64,000 nt of DNA from a virus: positions 5,768 through 69,767 of IMG/VR virus record IMGVR_UViG_3300042876_000027, one strand, 5' to 3'. Both the position numbers and the translations under genes were made by a program. Under the pieces are notes generated by a model. It had not been told where the DNA came from, made no database searches, and saw only the letters and a list, made by a program, of their open reading frames with translations. Below, piece by piece: positions 10,301 to 20,825 of this stretch; positions within the stretch are counted from its first letter, which is position 1; each line of letters begins with the position of its first letter.

Positions 10301-11702
10301 TCAGTTCATTAAATGCCTGATCAAAGTCAAATAGGTTTAGAGTTCCTGTGGATGCAATAAGCTGACCTACTGGCATACCGCTGACACCAAGGTCTGAAGC
10401 AGCCTTCGTTACTGACAAATCATTTGTAAGTTCTGTAATGTCTGCAGTTAGTCTTGGGGATAGCTCAATTAGGTCAAACGTAGAGCGATACTTATTCATA
10501 GTGTCTACTACGATTCTAAGACCGTGCAGGTATTGGAACTCTGAGTATTTAGAAAGATTAGTGGCTAGGTTGTCTCCAATTTCAGTTGGGTAAACTAGCT
10601 TTGTCACCAGTCCATGTAGATCGCTTACTGAGTCATCTAGTAGCTGCCACCCATACTTAGGGAATATTTCAACATATGAGTCACCGTCCCACAAGAAGTA
10701 TTGCTCAGCAGTTCCATCGTATACCTTGTATGTATATCCTCTCAATGAGGTTACTGGCAGCTCAGATACTAGAGAATATTCGCCAGCAAAAACAAAAATG
10801 TTACGATACTTTTGTGGAATGATTAGTCCGTAGCCAATTTCGACATAGCCATCTTCCCTTATTACTGGTGTACCGTCTGGTCTAGTTGATGCTTCATTAA
10901 ATGACATCAGGTCTACCCAGGAGTTAGTACTATCTAGTCCCTGAATTCTCCATCTAACTGGCACTTGCATATTATCTCTACCAGCAAATGGGTCTGAGAT
11001 AATTGCACCAGATGGCATAGACACTATACCAACGTTTGTAGTACCGACATGAGTCTGCATTTTAATAACAACTCTATTGGCAGGTACTGGATTTTTGTAA
11101 ATAACAAATGGAGCTGCATCTTGTATGTAGTGCTTACCATTAATAGTCTTATTAGCAATACCACGCTCAGCAGATGTATCTGTGGTCTGCGCCGTATCTT
11201 TTTCTATTGCTACATTACGACCAGTTGTTCTGTATGATGTCCAATACTTAAAGTTATCTGTCTTGTGAGCTGCATAATATCGTGGGCGTGTTGCCATGTC
11301 AGCATCTGAGTTTGGAACAAAAGCTGTGTCAAAGTATCTTAGCTTATTGATTCCTGAACGTGGTCTAAATCTTGCAAAGCAATCCTCTAGCGAATATAGA
11401 AGCTTTTCATTTAACTTTGGCTCTGTGAATACTGCTGGAGTTTCACCGTCATCCTCAAAGCCATTTTCAATGCTGATATCTGCGTCTGTAGCATTAGTAT
11501 AGTAGCCACCAACATCTGCAGGGTCAAAGTTGCTTGGAACAAACCTAAACTTAGACTCTGTCTTTTCTGGTCTGTTTCTGTAGTTTCCAACAAGCTGGAT
11601 GTTGTTTGAAAAGTTCATGTTCCACTCAGCGACAATAAAGCTATTGCCCTTAATGGTTGACGAAGTCTCTAGATGGTTCTTAAGCTGATCATCTGAAAAC
11701 AA
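7308..11702 (-). CDS. large tail-tip/baseplate hub protein
   Basis: 1464 aa, second gene after tape measure; C-terminal LQLGDIVRI motif. Confidence 0.7.
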   Translation of the reverse strand: MFSDDQLKNHLETSSTIKGNSFIVAEWNMNFSNNIQLVGNYRNRPEKTESKFRFVPSNFDPADVGGYYTNATDADISIENGFEDDGETPAVFTEPKLNEKLLYSLEDCFARFRPRSGINKLRYFDTAFVPNSDADMATRPRYYAAHKTDNFKYWTSYRTTGRNVAIEKDTAQTTDTSAERGIANKTINGKHYIQDAAPFVIYKNPVPANRVVIKMQTHVGTTNVGIVSMPSGAIISDPFAGRDNMQVPVRWRIQGLDSTNSWVDLMSFNEASTRPDGTPVIREDGYVEIGYGLIIPQKYRNIFVFAGEYSLVSELPVTSLRGYTYKVYDGTAEQYFLWDGDSYVEIFPKYGWQLLDDSVSDLHGLVTKLVYPTEIGDNLATNLSKYSEFQYLHGLRIVVDTMNKYRSTFDLIELSPRLTADITELTNDLSVTKAASDLGVSGMPVGQLIASTGTLNLFDFDQAFNELNQDSIIANFSTRNLQVKIYEKIREVEQVENSSGQPCFLNFYIPIKTLYAEGFPTVNAMDRSIAIQLRDMFHYFENNSAPELFIQNASMSYAVSLLLDSIGFSNYTFKRNSGEPEDVIPFFFTGTDVSVAEILNEIAVATQSAMFFDEYNNFVVMSKGYIMPTETQRSIDAVLRGDVDYAKSGIISNAKTQEQLANIVDLEKQDSDIYNDGAIQYTARAIDRQIGSIFESEDMQERSKSVVYKVSNLWQVPGAESVRKLGQTDDNYKLIAVPLNSDLTSALPSVSNGVIVNNVIDLGEGIDTAGLPQYSGYLYANGEIIRYDAVEYSVPKLSQYGEDLSVTAGNNVWITDTQEYVNYLSKLPLNAKMYATGLIRIYTEPNYQTQSDGTEKIVSIAKHGRGQFGTPVLAHTAGLGTYWSDNTNVFGCKMESSLIFALKEADLNNISITTGAAGIETAKARQSTRNGIIKNYVAKSDTKESVVNNYTKPIAGSVQASALVVNGPAFEVTDKPVDHITYINKKLDSKYVHFGTRMRIVTKYENNEYVGQMPVGGNVYYGENIVGGSGGIGVMVDPATNNGYFFEIMALSSTSSGASSTAFESTDFDVVFYKTVKNSASTSPTDKAIPVRLWGKTLGILGDDGNFVGQSRVVGEENTTVYDLAVEYEDFSGFRRFYLYINNVLQAVVDDKDKLPVFNNMALFVRGSSRAMFENIYALGYRYSQNAAYVLDTPVNSAFGDTTITSDESLRKYAISGMIQSTYLSGISSATQPAYNLYYDEFGTIMREVAYFNIKYDKAYPALVANLSPQVQDLKNYVVSGLTKTPYGAEFLVFNATDTTVVLDSGNGNGLSVVGVATTQDSALELTMDQYFSKAGDLSNPRFANNRLISSPLKSNKLYEDIVFNRITYGRNEFSISSNYIQSQDQASRMMGWLSEKISKPRLSVGVQVFAMPILQLGDIVRISYQTPDGIRHVPEDSRFVVYNIEYRSSINGPEMTVYLSEVV

Positions 11703-11703
11703 T

Positions 11704-12435
11704 TTAAACCTCTTCCAGGGATAGGCTTATGTTCCAGAAATCATAACCAGTCCCAACGCTTCCTCTGCGCTCTACGCTATAATCAAATTTTTCAAAGTAT
11801 ACTTCGACTACTTCATTATACTTATCAAGATTAGCATATGGATCGTCTGATGTAAAGTTCTTGTAGTTATCGTATGCTAGGTAGACATAGAATGGTCCTT
11901 GGTGATTCTTATACCAATCCAAAATTTCTGCACCACCAGCACCGCCGTCTGTAGTAAACTGCTGATCTTTATAGAACAATGATCCTGATGACACTACTTT
12001 TTTATTTGGAGTCAGGATATTGCCGTCTTCATTGATAGATGTTACAAGACCAGTTGGCTTACCATCCTCGCCAAACTCTGGGTTAGTTCTAAATGACCGA
12101 GATGGAAGCATTGACCAAGAAAGGCTAATATTTAGCTTGTCAGCAATGTGGTAAGAGCGCATACGACCGTTAATCATGCGCTCACGCTTTTCAATTCTAG
12201 TGGTTCCAAAGTTAATTGGAGATCTGTTGTCATCAGAAAGGATAATGAAGCTTTGGTCTTCATTGGCAGCGTTATTATATTCATAGCCAAGAGGGATGTG
12301 GAAATTAGAAGTAACTGTCTGACCATCTACATCATATGTATATGACACAATTGTACCTGGGTTGTCTGCAAATAGCACAGCTTGTGGTCTGCTATACTTT
12401 TTACGATTCTGCATGTACTCTTGTGTATTAGCCAC
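11704..12435 (-). CDS. distal tail protein (Dit-like)
   Basis: immediately downstream of tape measure; ends WNISLSLEEV. Confidence 0.6.
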   Translation of the reverse strand: MANTQEYMQNRKKYSRPQAVLFADNPGTIVSYTYDVDGQTVTSNFHIPLGYEYNNAANEDQSFIILSDDNRSPINFGTTRIEKRERMINGRMRSYHIADKLNISLSWSMLPSRSFRTNPEFGEDGKPTGLVTSINEDGNILTPNKKVVSSGSLFYKDQQFTTDGGAGGAEILDWYKNHQGPFYVYLAYDNYKNFTSDDPYANLDKYNEVVEVYFEKFDYSVERRGSVGTGYDFWNISLSLEEV

Positions 12436-15400
12436 TAGAATCTTCCTCCTCTAATTCTTTGCGAGTCTACCTGCTTGATTTGAGCCATAACAGTTCTTGC
12501 AATCTGGTCTGCGTCAGCATCTGACTTAACGTTAATGTTTACCTCATAATTATACACTGATTCGCCATTGTACGAGCCACTATTAATAGCCTTTAGGTTA
12601 TCTGCACCAAAGCTTGATACAGCATACTTACTCATTACAAATTCTCCAGGGGTTAGCATAGCTGGAACAATGTCTGTGCCAAGTGGCTGACCGCCATTAG
12701 CAAAGTATTTAATCATTCCACCTCTAGCCTTAAATGCCCATCCTTGCTTTCCAGCAGGAGGCATCCATCCACCTCTTTCATCATCCCACTCCCAGCCCAT
12801 TTGAGCTGGTTTTTGGGTAGTTACAGTAACTCCAGCAGGAGCATTTCCTAGCAAGGCGTTAGCTGCAGTTAAAGCCTTCGTGTAATCCCATGCGCTATAA
12901 GCTGCATTCTTAATCTGTGCATCGAGAAGCTCCCACTTGAGCTTTTGGTCTTCTAGAGTAGAAAGAATGTCATCTCTTGCATCCTCAAGAAGCTGAATTC
13001 TATAACGTGCTGGCTCTATTGATTCTTCCTCAATCTTAGCAATCTGCTTTTGCTTAGCAAGAATTGAATCTTCGATCTCAAGCCTAGTCATCTTAATGCC
13101 ATTAACGGTTGTTGTGATGTTCTTTAGCTCGTTATCACGTGCCTGCTCGATAATTCTTCTTCTAGTTTCTGCTGCTGCAGATGCCTTGTCAGCTCTAAAC
13201 TTTTGGATAGCCGATGCTGCTGCTGAAGAGTCTCCAGACGACATTGCACGAGCTAATTCAAACTCAGCTCTTTGCTGTTCAATAGCACGTCTTCTAGCCT
13301 CTTCTACCTTATCTAGTGCCTCTAGACGCTTATCGTACTTCTTGTTAATTTCGTCTTCTTGATACCCAATTTGGTCAAGACCGTACTGTAGGTCATCAAT
13401 ACCGCCAGGCTCATTTACAATCTTATCTATCTGATCTTGGCTCTTACGAATAGCGTCTTCAAGTGGCTTGGTGTCAGCTCTAAACTGAATGTCAATAGCC
13501 TGCTCTCTGTCGCCAATAATTCCAATAGCCTTATCATACATATCAGCAAACTGCTCTTCTACAGTCTTTGACTTCTTTATGGCTTCAATGTAGTTATTGA
13601 TTTCAGCAATTCGCTTTTTAATTTCATCTGTAGTCTTTGCACTTGTAAGTGCCCAGGCAATCTGTGAATCAGAAGCTAGCTGCTCTGCGTCAGCCTGGTC
13701 AAAGCCAGCCTTGATAAGCATATCTCTAGCCTTTGCTGCATCGGTTGCTGCGTTTGCCTGATCTCTATATGCATTTGCAGTCTCGCCCATCACAAGGCTT
13801 CTTTCGAAAGCTACAAGCTTTTCACCTTCCTTGTTTAGACCCTTAGACATTTTACCGCCCTTGAAGTACTTCTTTGCAAACTTTGCTTGCTCTTCTGGAC
13901 TTAGGTCAGAAATAATCTTAACCATTTCTGGAGACAGTCCTGTAGACTTTAGCTGATCTGCAAGATACTTCTCAAGACCCACACCACCAGAAGCAATCTT
14001 AAACTTGCTAATAGCATCAGCAGATGCCTTGAAGCCAGCAGTAAGCTTTTGAGTCATGTTTAGGGCATTCTTTGCACGTCTTACGTAATCATCTAGCCAC
14101 GAGCTGTCTGCGCCAGCACCGCCACCTCCGTTGCCACCGTCTCCGTCGCCACCACCATTTGTTGCCTCATAAAGCTGTGTTACGCTCTTTGCACGATCGG
14201 CAGCGATTGAGAACCTGGCTGCATCTCTAGCTGCAGTGCTACTTCTAGGATCAGTTTCAAACGAGCTTCCATTGTATTTACCCCCAAGAGCAATTTTCTT
14301 TTTCGTGTTAGGGTCAATATATGTGCCACCCTTTGAGTTTTGCTTAATATAAGCATCTAGCTCTGTATCGTCTACCTGCACTGTAAGGAATGTTTGCATG
14401 TACAATACCTTTTGTACAGGATCTAGTCCATCGAAATATTTCTGGTTTGCCTTAAATGCTTGTAGCTGAGTGTCGTCTGTAATAATCTTTTGCTCAATTA
14501 CAGACTCTGCGTTTAATTTACCCTGGTTTGCTAGATCCTTAACCTTATCAATTTGCCCCATTACTTTTTCTAGGTTATCTCCTGTTTGCAAGAATTTATA
14601 GGTAGCCTCAGCATTAATAACACTTCCGTATGTATCAATCATGCTATATAGGTCTAGAATGTTTTTCTTATCTTCTGGCTTTCCTGCTGCAGTAATTTGA
14701 GCAATAAAAGTTGAAGATGATACCTTTGCTTCTCCAAGATTCTCAAGAATATTAGCAAACTGGACTCCGTCTCTGCCACCAAGCTTTGTAACAATATCTA
14801 CATATGCAGTTTGGTTTGTTTGACCATTCATGGTATCTGGATCAAAGATTCCGCCATCTCCAAACATTCTAGTTGCATCTTCTGGCTTGAGCAATCCAGA
14901 CTTAAGACTTAGCATTGTTGTAATCTTTACTGTGCTGTTAATTTCTTCATCGTCTGCAATTTGCTCTACAATTTTTCTCATTGGCTCATTTTCATCGCCA
15001 GTAAATTCTGTATTTATGTTTTGCTGAATATTTTCTACAATAGCATTAACATTTTGCTGCTTATTTCCAGTTTGCTCTGTCTTTAGGTAAGATGTTTCAT
15101 ACGATCCGCCAAATTCGTCATAGGTAGTGTATGTGTCCATCTTAGCAGAGAAGCCTTCCATCGACTGGATGGTCCTCATGAATGAGCCATACTGAGCACC
15201 ATATTCATCTAGTGCTTTTGTGCGCTTGCCTAAATATGTAGCCTCAAGCTTTGACGCTTCTTCTAGCTTCCCAGCCTTTTCAAGCTCTTGAATCTTTGGC
15301 AAGTATTCAGAGTCTAGAAGGTCTAGTGTTAGCTGAGCACCATTGACAAGCTCCTGAGCTGCGATTGCAGTATCTTTTTCATTTGCTTGAACTTTAGCCC

Positions 15401-18400
15401 ATGCATCAGCACCATCAAAGAGTCCAGTTTCTGTATTTACTAGTTGCTGAAGTGGACCATTTGGGTCATTGAGAGGTTTTGCGTTGGCAGTAATCATAAG
15501 ATTTACTGGAATGTCAATTGGCTGAGTTGTTACATCATAGCCATCTAGTCCTACAAACTGTTCAATTTGAGCAGTTACGCCTATGGTAAGAGAGTAGTCG
15601 TCTAGCTCTTTACCAAGTGCCGTGGCAATCGACAATGCCTGTTCGCTAGTTAGCAATCCAGAGACAATGCCATAAGACAGGTCTTTTCCTACTGCCCTGA
15701 TGGCACTTTGCTTATCTTGACCTGCCATTGCTGTAACATTTTCAAGCATCGACAAGCCAGCATCTGACTGAAGATATGCCTCTCCGAATGGTGTTTTTCC
15801 TGGAGCATAATTAACTGGTGCAAACTTTCCACCAATCATCCTATCCATAATTTCTTTTGGAGTAGCTTGACCAGTTGCTTCTGCAAAATCTTGCAATTCT
15901 GAATTAGTGGTAGTCATATTGTCACCAAAAATTCTTAAACCTTCTGCAGTAGTTCTAACCTTTTCATTAAATAACTCTACGCCAATCTGGAGACCTGTTG
16001 TAATTACCGCAAGCGCAGCTAGGATTGGTGCTGCTGGACCACCAAGAGCAGATGCCCCAAGTCTTGCAGCCAAGCCACCCCCAACTCTAGCAGCAATACC
16101 AGTAGCAGCCTTACCTGCAGCATTTGCAGCAGCTGCCCTACCAGCAGCGACTGCTGCCTTTGTGCCTGCACTAGCTGCCTTAGCAGCCTTTGCTCCAGTA
16201 AATGCAGTCTTTACTGTATCGCCAAATGTCTTAATTCCAGAAAGTATCTTGCTACCTCTAAATAGGTTTGCAACTTCAGCAATAGAGCTAATTACTAGTG
16301 CAATGCTACCAGCATTCATAATTGCTTCATTGCCAGTTGCCCCACCAATCATGGATGCAGCCATACCAACAGAGCCACCAACCATACCAACCTTGCTTGG
16401 TCTATATGAACGATCAAAGTCGCTACCTGGCTTAGCGGTGGTCTTAACTACTCTTGGCTTACGTCTCTGAACTGTAGTAGTTGGTGTAGCCTTAGCTTCA
16501 GCTGCTCTCTGACGTGCACGTTCATTTCTGTTGTCTAGCTTAATAAGTCTTTGGGCTTCTTCCTTGCTTAGGAATTTACCAGTCTCTCTATCTTGATACT
16601 TACCAGATTGAGAAATCTTTACTCTCTTTGTACCGCCATCTTTGAATCCATCTACGGCAGCTTCTCCAAGCTTTGCGCCAGCTTTCTTAGCCTTCTTGCT
16701 GCCATCTTCAATACCCTTCTCAACACCATCAACGATATTGTCAGTAGCCTCTATCATTTTCTTTGATGGGGACCGTGACCTTGAACTCTTGTTTAGTCCC
16801 TTTGCAATCAATGCCTGAGTTTGACCAGAATTTGTTTTTGGTGCTTTTGGAGCACCCTTAATTCCCTTTGCACCAACAAGATTGGCTGCATCTAAATCTA
16901 GAATATCTCCTGCCTGCAGTGCTGATGCCTGCTTTCCATACCCACCAAATCTTGATATAAACTGAGCCTTTTGCTTGTATCCAACAACCTTGCCCTTGCT
17001 CTTGCTGAAACGTCTATCGCCAACAACAATACCTGTTACTGGATCTACAACCTGCTGACCACGAAGTGCAAGTCTTCCATCCTTGACTCTCTCTTCCATT
17101 TCTGCACCAGTAAAGTTGCCACGGACATCTCCGAGAACCTTTGCTCTATTTTTAAGTATGTTTGCAACCTTGCTTCTCTTGCCTCTGCCAGCTGATGCTT
17201 CTGATAGAACCTCGTTGGCTACTTCAGCAACTAGGCTATCCTTTACACGGATACCTTCCCTACGTGCTTTTGCTGCTACTCGCTTTCCAATTTCATCTTC
17301 TAGCTCTTGCAGGGTTCTCATACCTTGAACATCATTAGCATCTAGACCGCCTGCAAGTGCAGTACCCTTTAGCTTATTCTTTAAGCCATTCCAGCCACGC
17401 TCAAAATCATCTGGATCAATTCCAGCTCCTCTTTCACGCAATCCCTGGTTCATCTTGTCAGAAAGCTCTGCTACAAGAGATCCAGAGAATTTAATTCTAT
17501 TCTTCATTTCATCTGACATAGAGTCGAAGTTAGGATAGAGTGCAAGAATTTGCTTTCTGACTACTGGATCATTCAAATCAAGATCGCCTTGTAGGTGCGA
17601 TTTCTGTGTCTTTAGACCTTGGCTGAAGCCAGGAATCTTACCATCAACCATAGCGTTAATTAGTGGAGCATATCTCTTTGCATACTTCTTTGGAATAACT
17701 GCTTCACCAGGAGTAAGCATAGCAGGAACCTTGTCGGTGTTTCCTGTACCTGGAACGCTTACAACACCAGAGTTGTACTTCTTAAACTGTGTAGATTGTT
17801 TTGGTAGACCAACTCTAGAGTGGATTTCGTGATACTTTGTCCAGTCTACATTTCTACCCTCTTCAAGTCTACGAACCATGTTTTCGTAGTATGGCAATTC
17901 ATCTGGAGATAGGTCTAGAGACTTAATAGTCTTCTTTAGCTTTGGAAGAACTTCATCAATCTCAGCTCGCATCATTTGAGCGTATTGTTGTGCGCTCATG
18001 CCACGAACCATGTCTGCAGTTGACTCAGCAAATGCCTTCTTAGCTCCACCCTTAACAGCTAGCAGGTTAATCTTAGCTTGCTCTTCAAGGGATGGCATGT
18101 TTGGCTCGTAGTCACGTAGACCAGAGGCACGGCTAAATACACCAGCAGTGCCCACGTCTGGCAAAACATCTCCATAGACATTATCTGCTGAAAGGTCCTT
18201 ATCTCCACGAACCAGAGAGGCTAGAAGTTGCTTAAAGTACTGCTTCTTTGTAAACTTGCCTGTTGGTGTAGAGAATGTTGGGTCAAGTGGTGACTCAAGT
18301 GCTAGGAACTTTCTGTTGCCAGTCTTATCTGATGGATCTTTCAGAACGACAATCTTTTGCTCTGGAGACTTTAGACCATGAGCTTCACGAGCAATCTTGG

Positions 18401-20807
18401 TTGCACGAATTTCTGCTAGTGCAGCCTTGTCATCCATTACTGGCTTTACATATACTCTTGAACCGTCTGGCTTCTGATATACCCCACCAAGACCAAAGAT
18501 TGGGAAGCTGTGACCACTACCTGGCTTTACCTGTCTTTGGTAATTCTCTGGCTGCTGGTCCTTAAATCTGCTTTGCTGGAATATACCAGCCATTTCCTTA
18601 GCAGTCTCTCTTTCCTTAGAAACACGCTTAAACGACTTTGGCATTCCAAGGAATCCCTTAGCAAAACCAGGAATACTGCCTGCAACCATTCCTTCAATAA
18701 GACCAGAATATCTCTGAGCCATCTTTGCTGGAATAACAGCTTCACCTGGTGAAAGCATTGCTGGAATAACGTCGCCAGCACCCTTTGGACCAGGAACAGA
18801 TACAACACCACTTGCATACTTCTTAGGAGCTGCTTTAGCTCTTCTTGTAGCTGGCACAGCAAAACCTGCTTGAGCGGTAGTAGCTCTCTGATAAGCTGCA
18901 GTTAGGTTGTCAATAGCAGTTTTTTCAGATGTGTATGTTTGACGTAGCTTTGAGTGTGCTGAGTTTAGAGATGCAGAAACTGATAGTGCTTCTAGCTGTT
19001 CTTGTGTCAGATAGTTTACGCTTTCACCAAGAGCACCAGTTCCACCCTTTAGCTTTAGGAATACATTACGTACCGCTGCAAATCCCTTAATAATATTTGC
19101 AACACCATTAGCCAAAAGACCAAATGTCATAATAGCAATAGGACCAATAACACCAAGACCTGCTGTTAGACCAACAATAAATGTTTTAGTACCTTCGTCT
19201 AGCTTGGCAAATTCTTTTAGTGCCTTAGATGCAAATTCAATAATTGGTGTAGCAATCTTTAGGAACTGCTCGCCTAGTGGGATCAGGGAAGCCTTTAGGT
19301 CTTCCACTGACTTTTGAAACTTTGTTAGTGGGGAGTCTGCAAGCTTATTCAATTCTCGCTCTGCTACAATTGCAAGCTCTTCTGTGCTGTTTCTTGTTAG
19401 GTCTAGTACCTTTGCAGCTTGGCTGCCGTCTTTAATAACGTTCTGGAATAGTGTAGACAGACGTGCAAACTGAAACTTACCGAATAGCTGCTCAATAGCA
19501 CGTGCACGGTTTAGTGGATCTAGAGTATCCAGTGCTTGCGCAAAGTCTAGGACAAGCCCCTTAACGTCTCCCTTATTAGCATCTACCAGACCCTTTAGGT
19601 TAATTCCAAATCCCTGCAAAAACTCAGAAGCTTTTGCTGTTGGGTTGATAAGAGATGCAAGACCCGACTTTAGTGCGTTAGCACTTTCCGATGCATTGAT
19701 TCCACCCTCACGCATAGCAGTAAGGAAGAACGTAAGGTCTTCTACGTCACCACCAAGCTGTTGAATTACTGGACCAGCTTTTGGAATGGCGACTGTAAGG
19801 TCTTCGATGGATGTTACTGTCTGGTTTTCTACAGAGTTAAGGAAGTTAATTTTTCCAGCTAGCTGATCTGCTGCTGTACCGAAGGCGTTAGTCAGCGAGA
19901 TTGTTGTTTCGAGTGCCTGTGCTTGTTCTACACCACCAAGCACTGCAAGCCTTGTTGCTTCAGAAACCTGGGCAGTTAGATCTGCGCCCATCTTACCCAT
20001 AGCAGCTGCATCTGCAGCAAGACCCATAGTCTTTTCTACAGCAACACCATACTTGGTAAACTCATTTGCAAGGTTCTTGATGTCAGATACCATTTGCTCT
20101 GTTTGCTGGACGGTTGTATTAAAGTCACCATAGACACGGCGCAGACGAATAATTTGCTTTTCCATGTCCATAAATGCTTTACCAGCAGTTGTGGCAAACA
20201 TTGTTAGAGGAATGGTAAAACCAACCATAAGCTGGCGACCAGCCCACTGGGTGTTTTTACCAAAGTTTAGAAGGTTTGTAGAGCCTTGCTTAAGTACCTG
20301 ATTAAAGATCTGCTGCTTTTGTGCAGCGATTGCAGTCTTATTTGCAAGGTTGTCCATGTCAAGTGCTAGTGGTCTAACAGCAATCGACTTCATTGCACCG
20401 CTGGCATCTCTACCTAGCTTGATGTACTGAGTCTGAATTGTCTTGACACGTTCACGAGCAACCTTTTCTACGGTTGCCATTTCTGTCTTAAATAGTCTAC
20501 CAAACGTCTTGGTAGAACCCATACCATATCTAAAGTACTCTCCAAGCGATAGCTTGTTTTTCTCTAGAGAGGTAGTGAATTGCTCAGTTGTTGTTTTTAC
20601 ATTGCGTACTGATGCTGCAAATTGACCAGTAGCATTAATGTTATTGAGAAGGTCTTTTTGAAGGTTAGCTGCAGCTGTTCTATTAGCTGCATTGCCCTTC
20701 GACATTGCAGTTTGAAAGACTGATATCTGTCTCTGAAGTTCTCTTAGGGTGGCGAGGGCACCGCTACCATCTATATCTAAGCGAACATTGGAGTTGATAT
20801 CAGCCAT
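12435..20807 (-). CDS. tape measure protein with inserted kinase-like domain
   Basis: 2790 aa, Ala/Gly-rich helical; TP901-type core (MREGGINASESANALKSGL, AIEQLFG); PAML(S/T)PGE repeats. Confidence 0.92.
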   Translation of the reverse strand: MADINSNVRLDIDGSGALATLRELQRQISVFQTAMSKGNAANRTAAANLQKDLLNNINATGQFAASVRNVKTTTEQFTTSLEKNKLSLGEYFRYGMGSTKTFGRLFKTEMATVEKVARERVKTIQTQYIKLGRDASGAMKSIAVRPLALDMDNLANKTAIAAQKQQIFNQVLKQGSTNLLNFGKNTQWAGRQLMVGFTIPLTMFATTAGKAFMDMEKQIIRLRRVYGDFNTTVQQTEQMVSDIKNLANEFTKYGVAVEKTMGLAADAAAMGKMGADLTAQVSEATRLAVLGGVEQAQALETTISLTNAFGTAADQLAGKINFLNSVENQTVTSIEDLTVAIPKAGPVIQQLGGDVEDLTFFLTAMREGGINASESANALKSGLASLINPTAKASEFLQGFGINLKGLVDANKGDVKGLVLDFAQALDTLDPLNRARAIEQLFGKFQFARLSTLFQNVIKDGSQAAKVLDLTRNSTEELAIVAERELNKLADSPLTKFQKSVEDLKASLIPLGEQFLKIATPIIEFASKALKEFAKLDEGTKTFIVGLTAGLGVIGPIAIMTFGLLANGVANIIKGFAAVRNVFLKLKGGTGALGESVNYLTQEQLEALSVSASLNSAHSKLRQTYTSEKTAIDNLTAAYQRATTAQAGFAVPATRRAKAAPKKYASGVVSVPGPKGAGDVIPAMLSPGEAVIPAKMAQRYSGLIEGMVAGSIPGFAKGFLGMPKSFKRVSKERETAKEMAGIFQQSRFKDQQPENYQRQVKPGSGHSFPIFGLGGVYQKPDGSRVYVKPVMDDKAALAEIRATKIAREAHGLKSPEQKIVVLKDPSDKTGNRKFLALESPLDPTFSTPTGKFTKKQYFKQLLASLVRGDKDLSADNVYGDVLPDVGTAGVFSRASGLRDYEPNMPSLEEQAKINLLAVKGGAKKAFAESTADMVRGMSAQQYAQMMRAEIDEVLPKLKKTIKSLDLSPDELPYYENMVRRLEEGRNVDWTKYHEIHSRVGLPKQSTQFKKYNSGVVSVPGTGNTDKVPAMLTPGEAVIPKKYAKRYAPLINAMVDGKIPGFSQGLKTQKSHLQGDLDLNDPVVRKQILALYPNFDSMSDEMKNRIKFSGSLVAELSDKMNQGLRERGAGIDPDDFERGWNGLKNKLKGTALAGGLDANDVQGMRTLQELEDEIGKRVAAKARREGIRVKDSLVAEVANEVLSEASAGRGKRSKVANILKNRAKVLGDVRGNFTGAEMEERVKDGRLALRGQQVVDPVTGIVVGDRRFSKSKGKVVGYKQKAQFISRFGGYGKQASALQAGDILDLDAANLVGAKGIKGAPKAPKTNSGQTQALIAKGLNKSSRSRSPSKKMIEATDNIVDGVEKGIEDGSKKAKKAGAKLGEAAVDGFKDGGTKRVKISQSGKYQDRETGKFLSKEEAQRLIKLDNRNERARQRAAEAKATPTTTVQRRKPRVVKTTAKPGSDFDRSYRPSKVGMVGGSVGMAASMIGGATGNEAIMNAGSIALVISSIAEVANLFRGSKILSGIKTFGDTVKTAFTGAKAAKAASAGTKAAVAAGRAAAANAAGKAATGIAARVGGGLAARLGASALGGPAAPILAALAVITTGLQIGVELFNEKVRTTAEGLRIFGDNMTTTNSELQDFAEATGQATPKEIMDRMIGGKFAPVNYAPGKTPFGEAYLQSDAGLSMLENVTAMAGQDKQSAIRAVGKDLSYGIVSGLLTSEQALSIATALGKELDDYSLTIGVTAQIEQFVGLDGYDVTTQPIDIPVNLMITANAKPLNDPNGPLQQLVNTETGLFDGADAWAKVQANEKDTAIAAQELVNGAQLTLDLLDSEYLPKIQELEKAGKLEEASKLEATYLGKRTKALDEYGAQYGSFMRTIQSMEGFSAKMDTYTTYDEFGGSYETSYLKTEQTGNKQQNVNAIVENIQQNINTEFTGDENEPMRKIVEQIADDEEINSTVKITTMLSLKSGLLKPEDATRMFGDGGIFDPDTMNGQTNQTAYVDIVTKLGGRDGVQFANILENLGEAKVSSSTFIAQITAAGKPEDKKNILDLYSMIDTYGSVINAEATYKFLQTGDNLEKVMGQIDKVKDLANQGKLNAESVIEQKIITDDTQLQAFKANQKYFDGLDPVQKVLYMQTFLTVQVDDTELDAYIKQNSKGGTYIDPNTKKKIALGGKYNGSSFETDPRSSTAARDAARFSIAADRAKSVTQLYEATNGGGDGDGGNGGGGAGADSSWLDDYVRRAKNALNMTQKLTAGFKASADAISKFKIASGGVGLEKYLADQLKSTGLSPEMVKIISDLSPEEQAKFAKKYFKGGKMSKGLNKEGEKLVAFERSLVMGETANAYRDQANAATDAAKARDMLIKAGFDQADAEQLASDSQIAWALTSAKTTDEIKKRIAEINNYIEAIKKSKTVEEQFADMYDKAIGIIGDREQAIDIQFRADTKPLEDAIRKSQDQIDKIVNEPGGIDDLQYGLDQIGYQEDEINKKYDKRLEALDKVEEARRRAIEQQRAEFELARAMSSGDSSAAASAIQKFRADKASAAAETRRRIIEQARDNELKNITTTVNGIKMTRLEIEDSILAKQKQIAKIEEESIEPARYRIQLLEDARDDILSTLEDQKLKWELLDAQIKNAAYSAWDYTKALTAANALLGNAPAGVTVTTQKPAQMGWEWDDERGGWMPPAGKQGWAFKARGGMIKYFANGGQPLGTDIVPAMLTPGEFVMSKYAVSSFGADNLKAINSGSYNGESVYNYEVNINVKSDADADQIARTVMAQIKQVDSQRIRGGRF

Positions 20808-20825
20808 TCAAATACTACATCCTTT

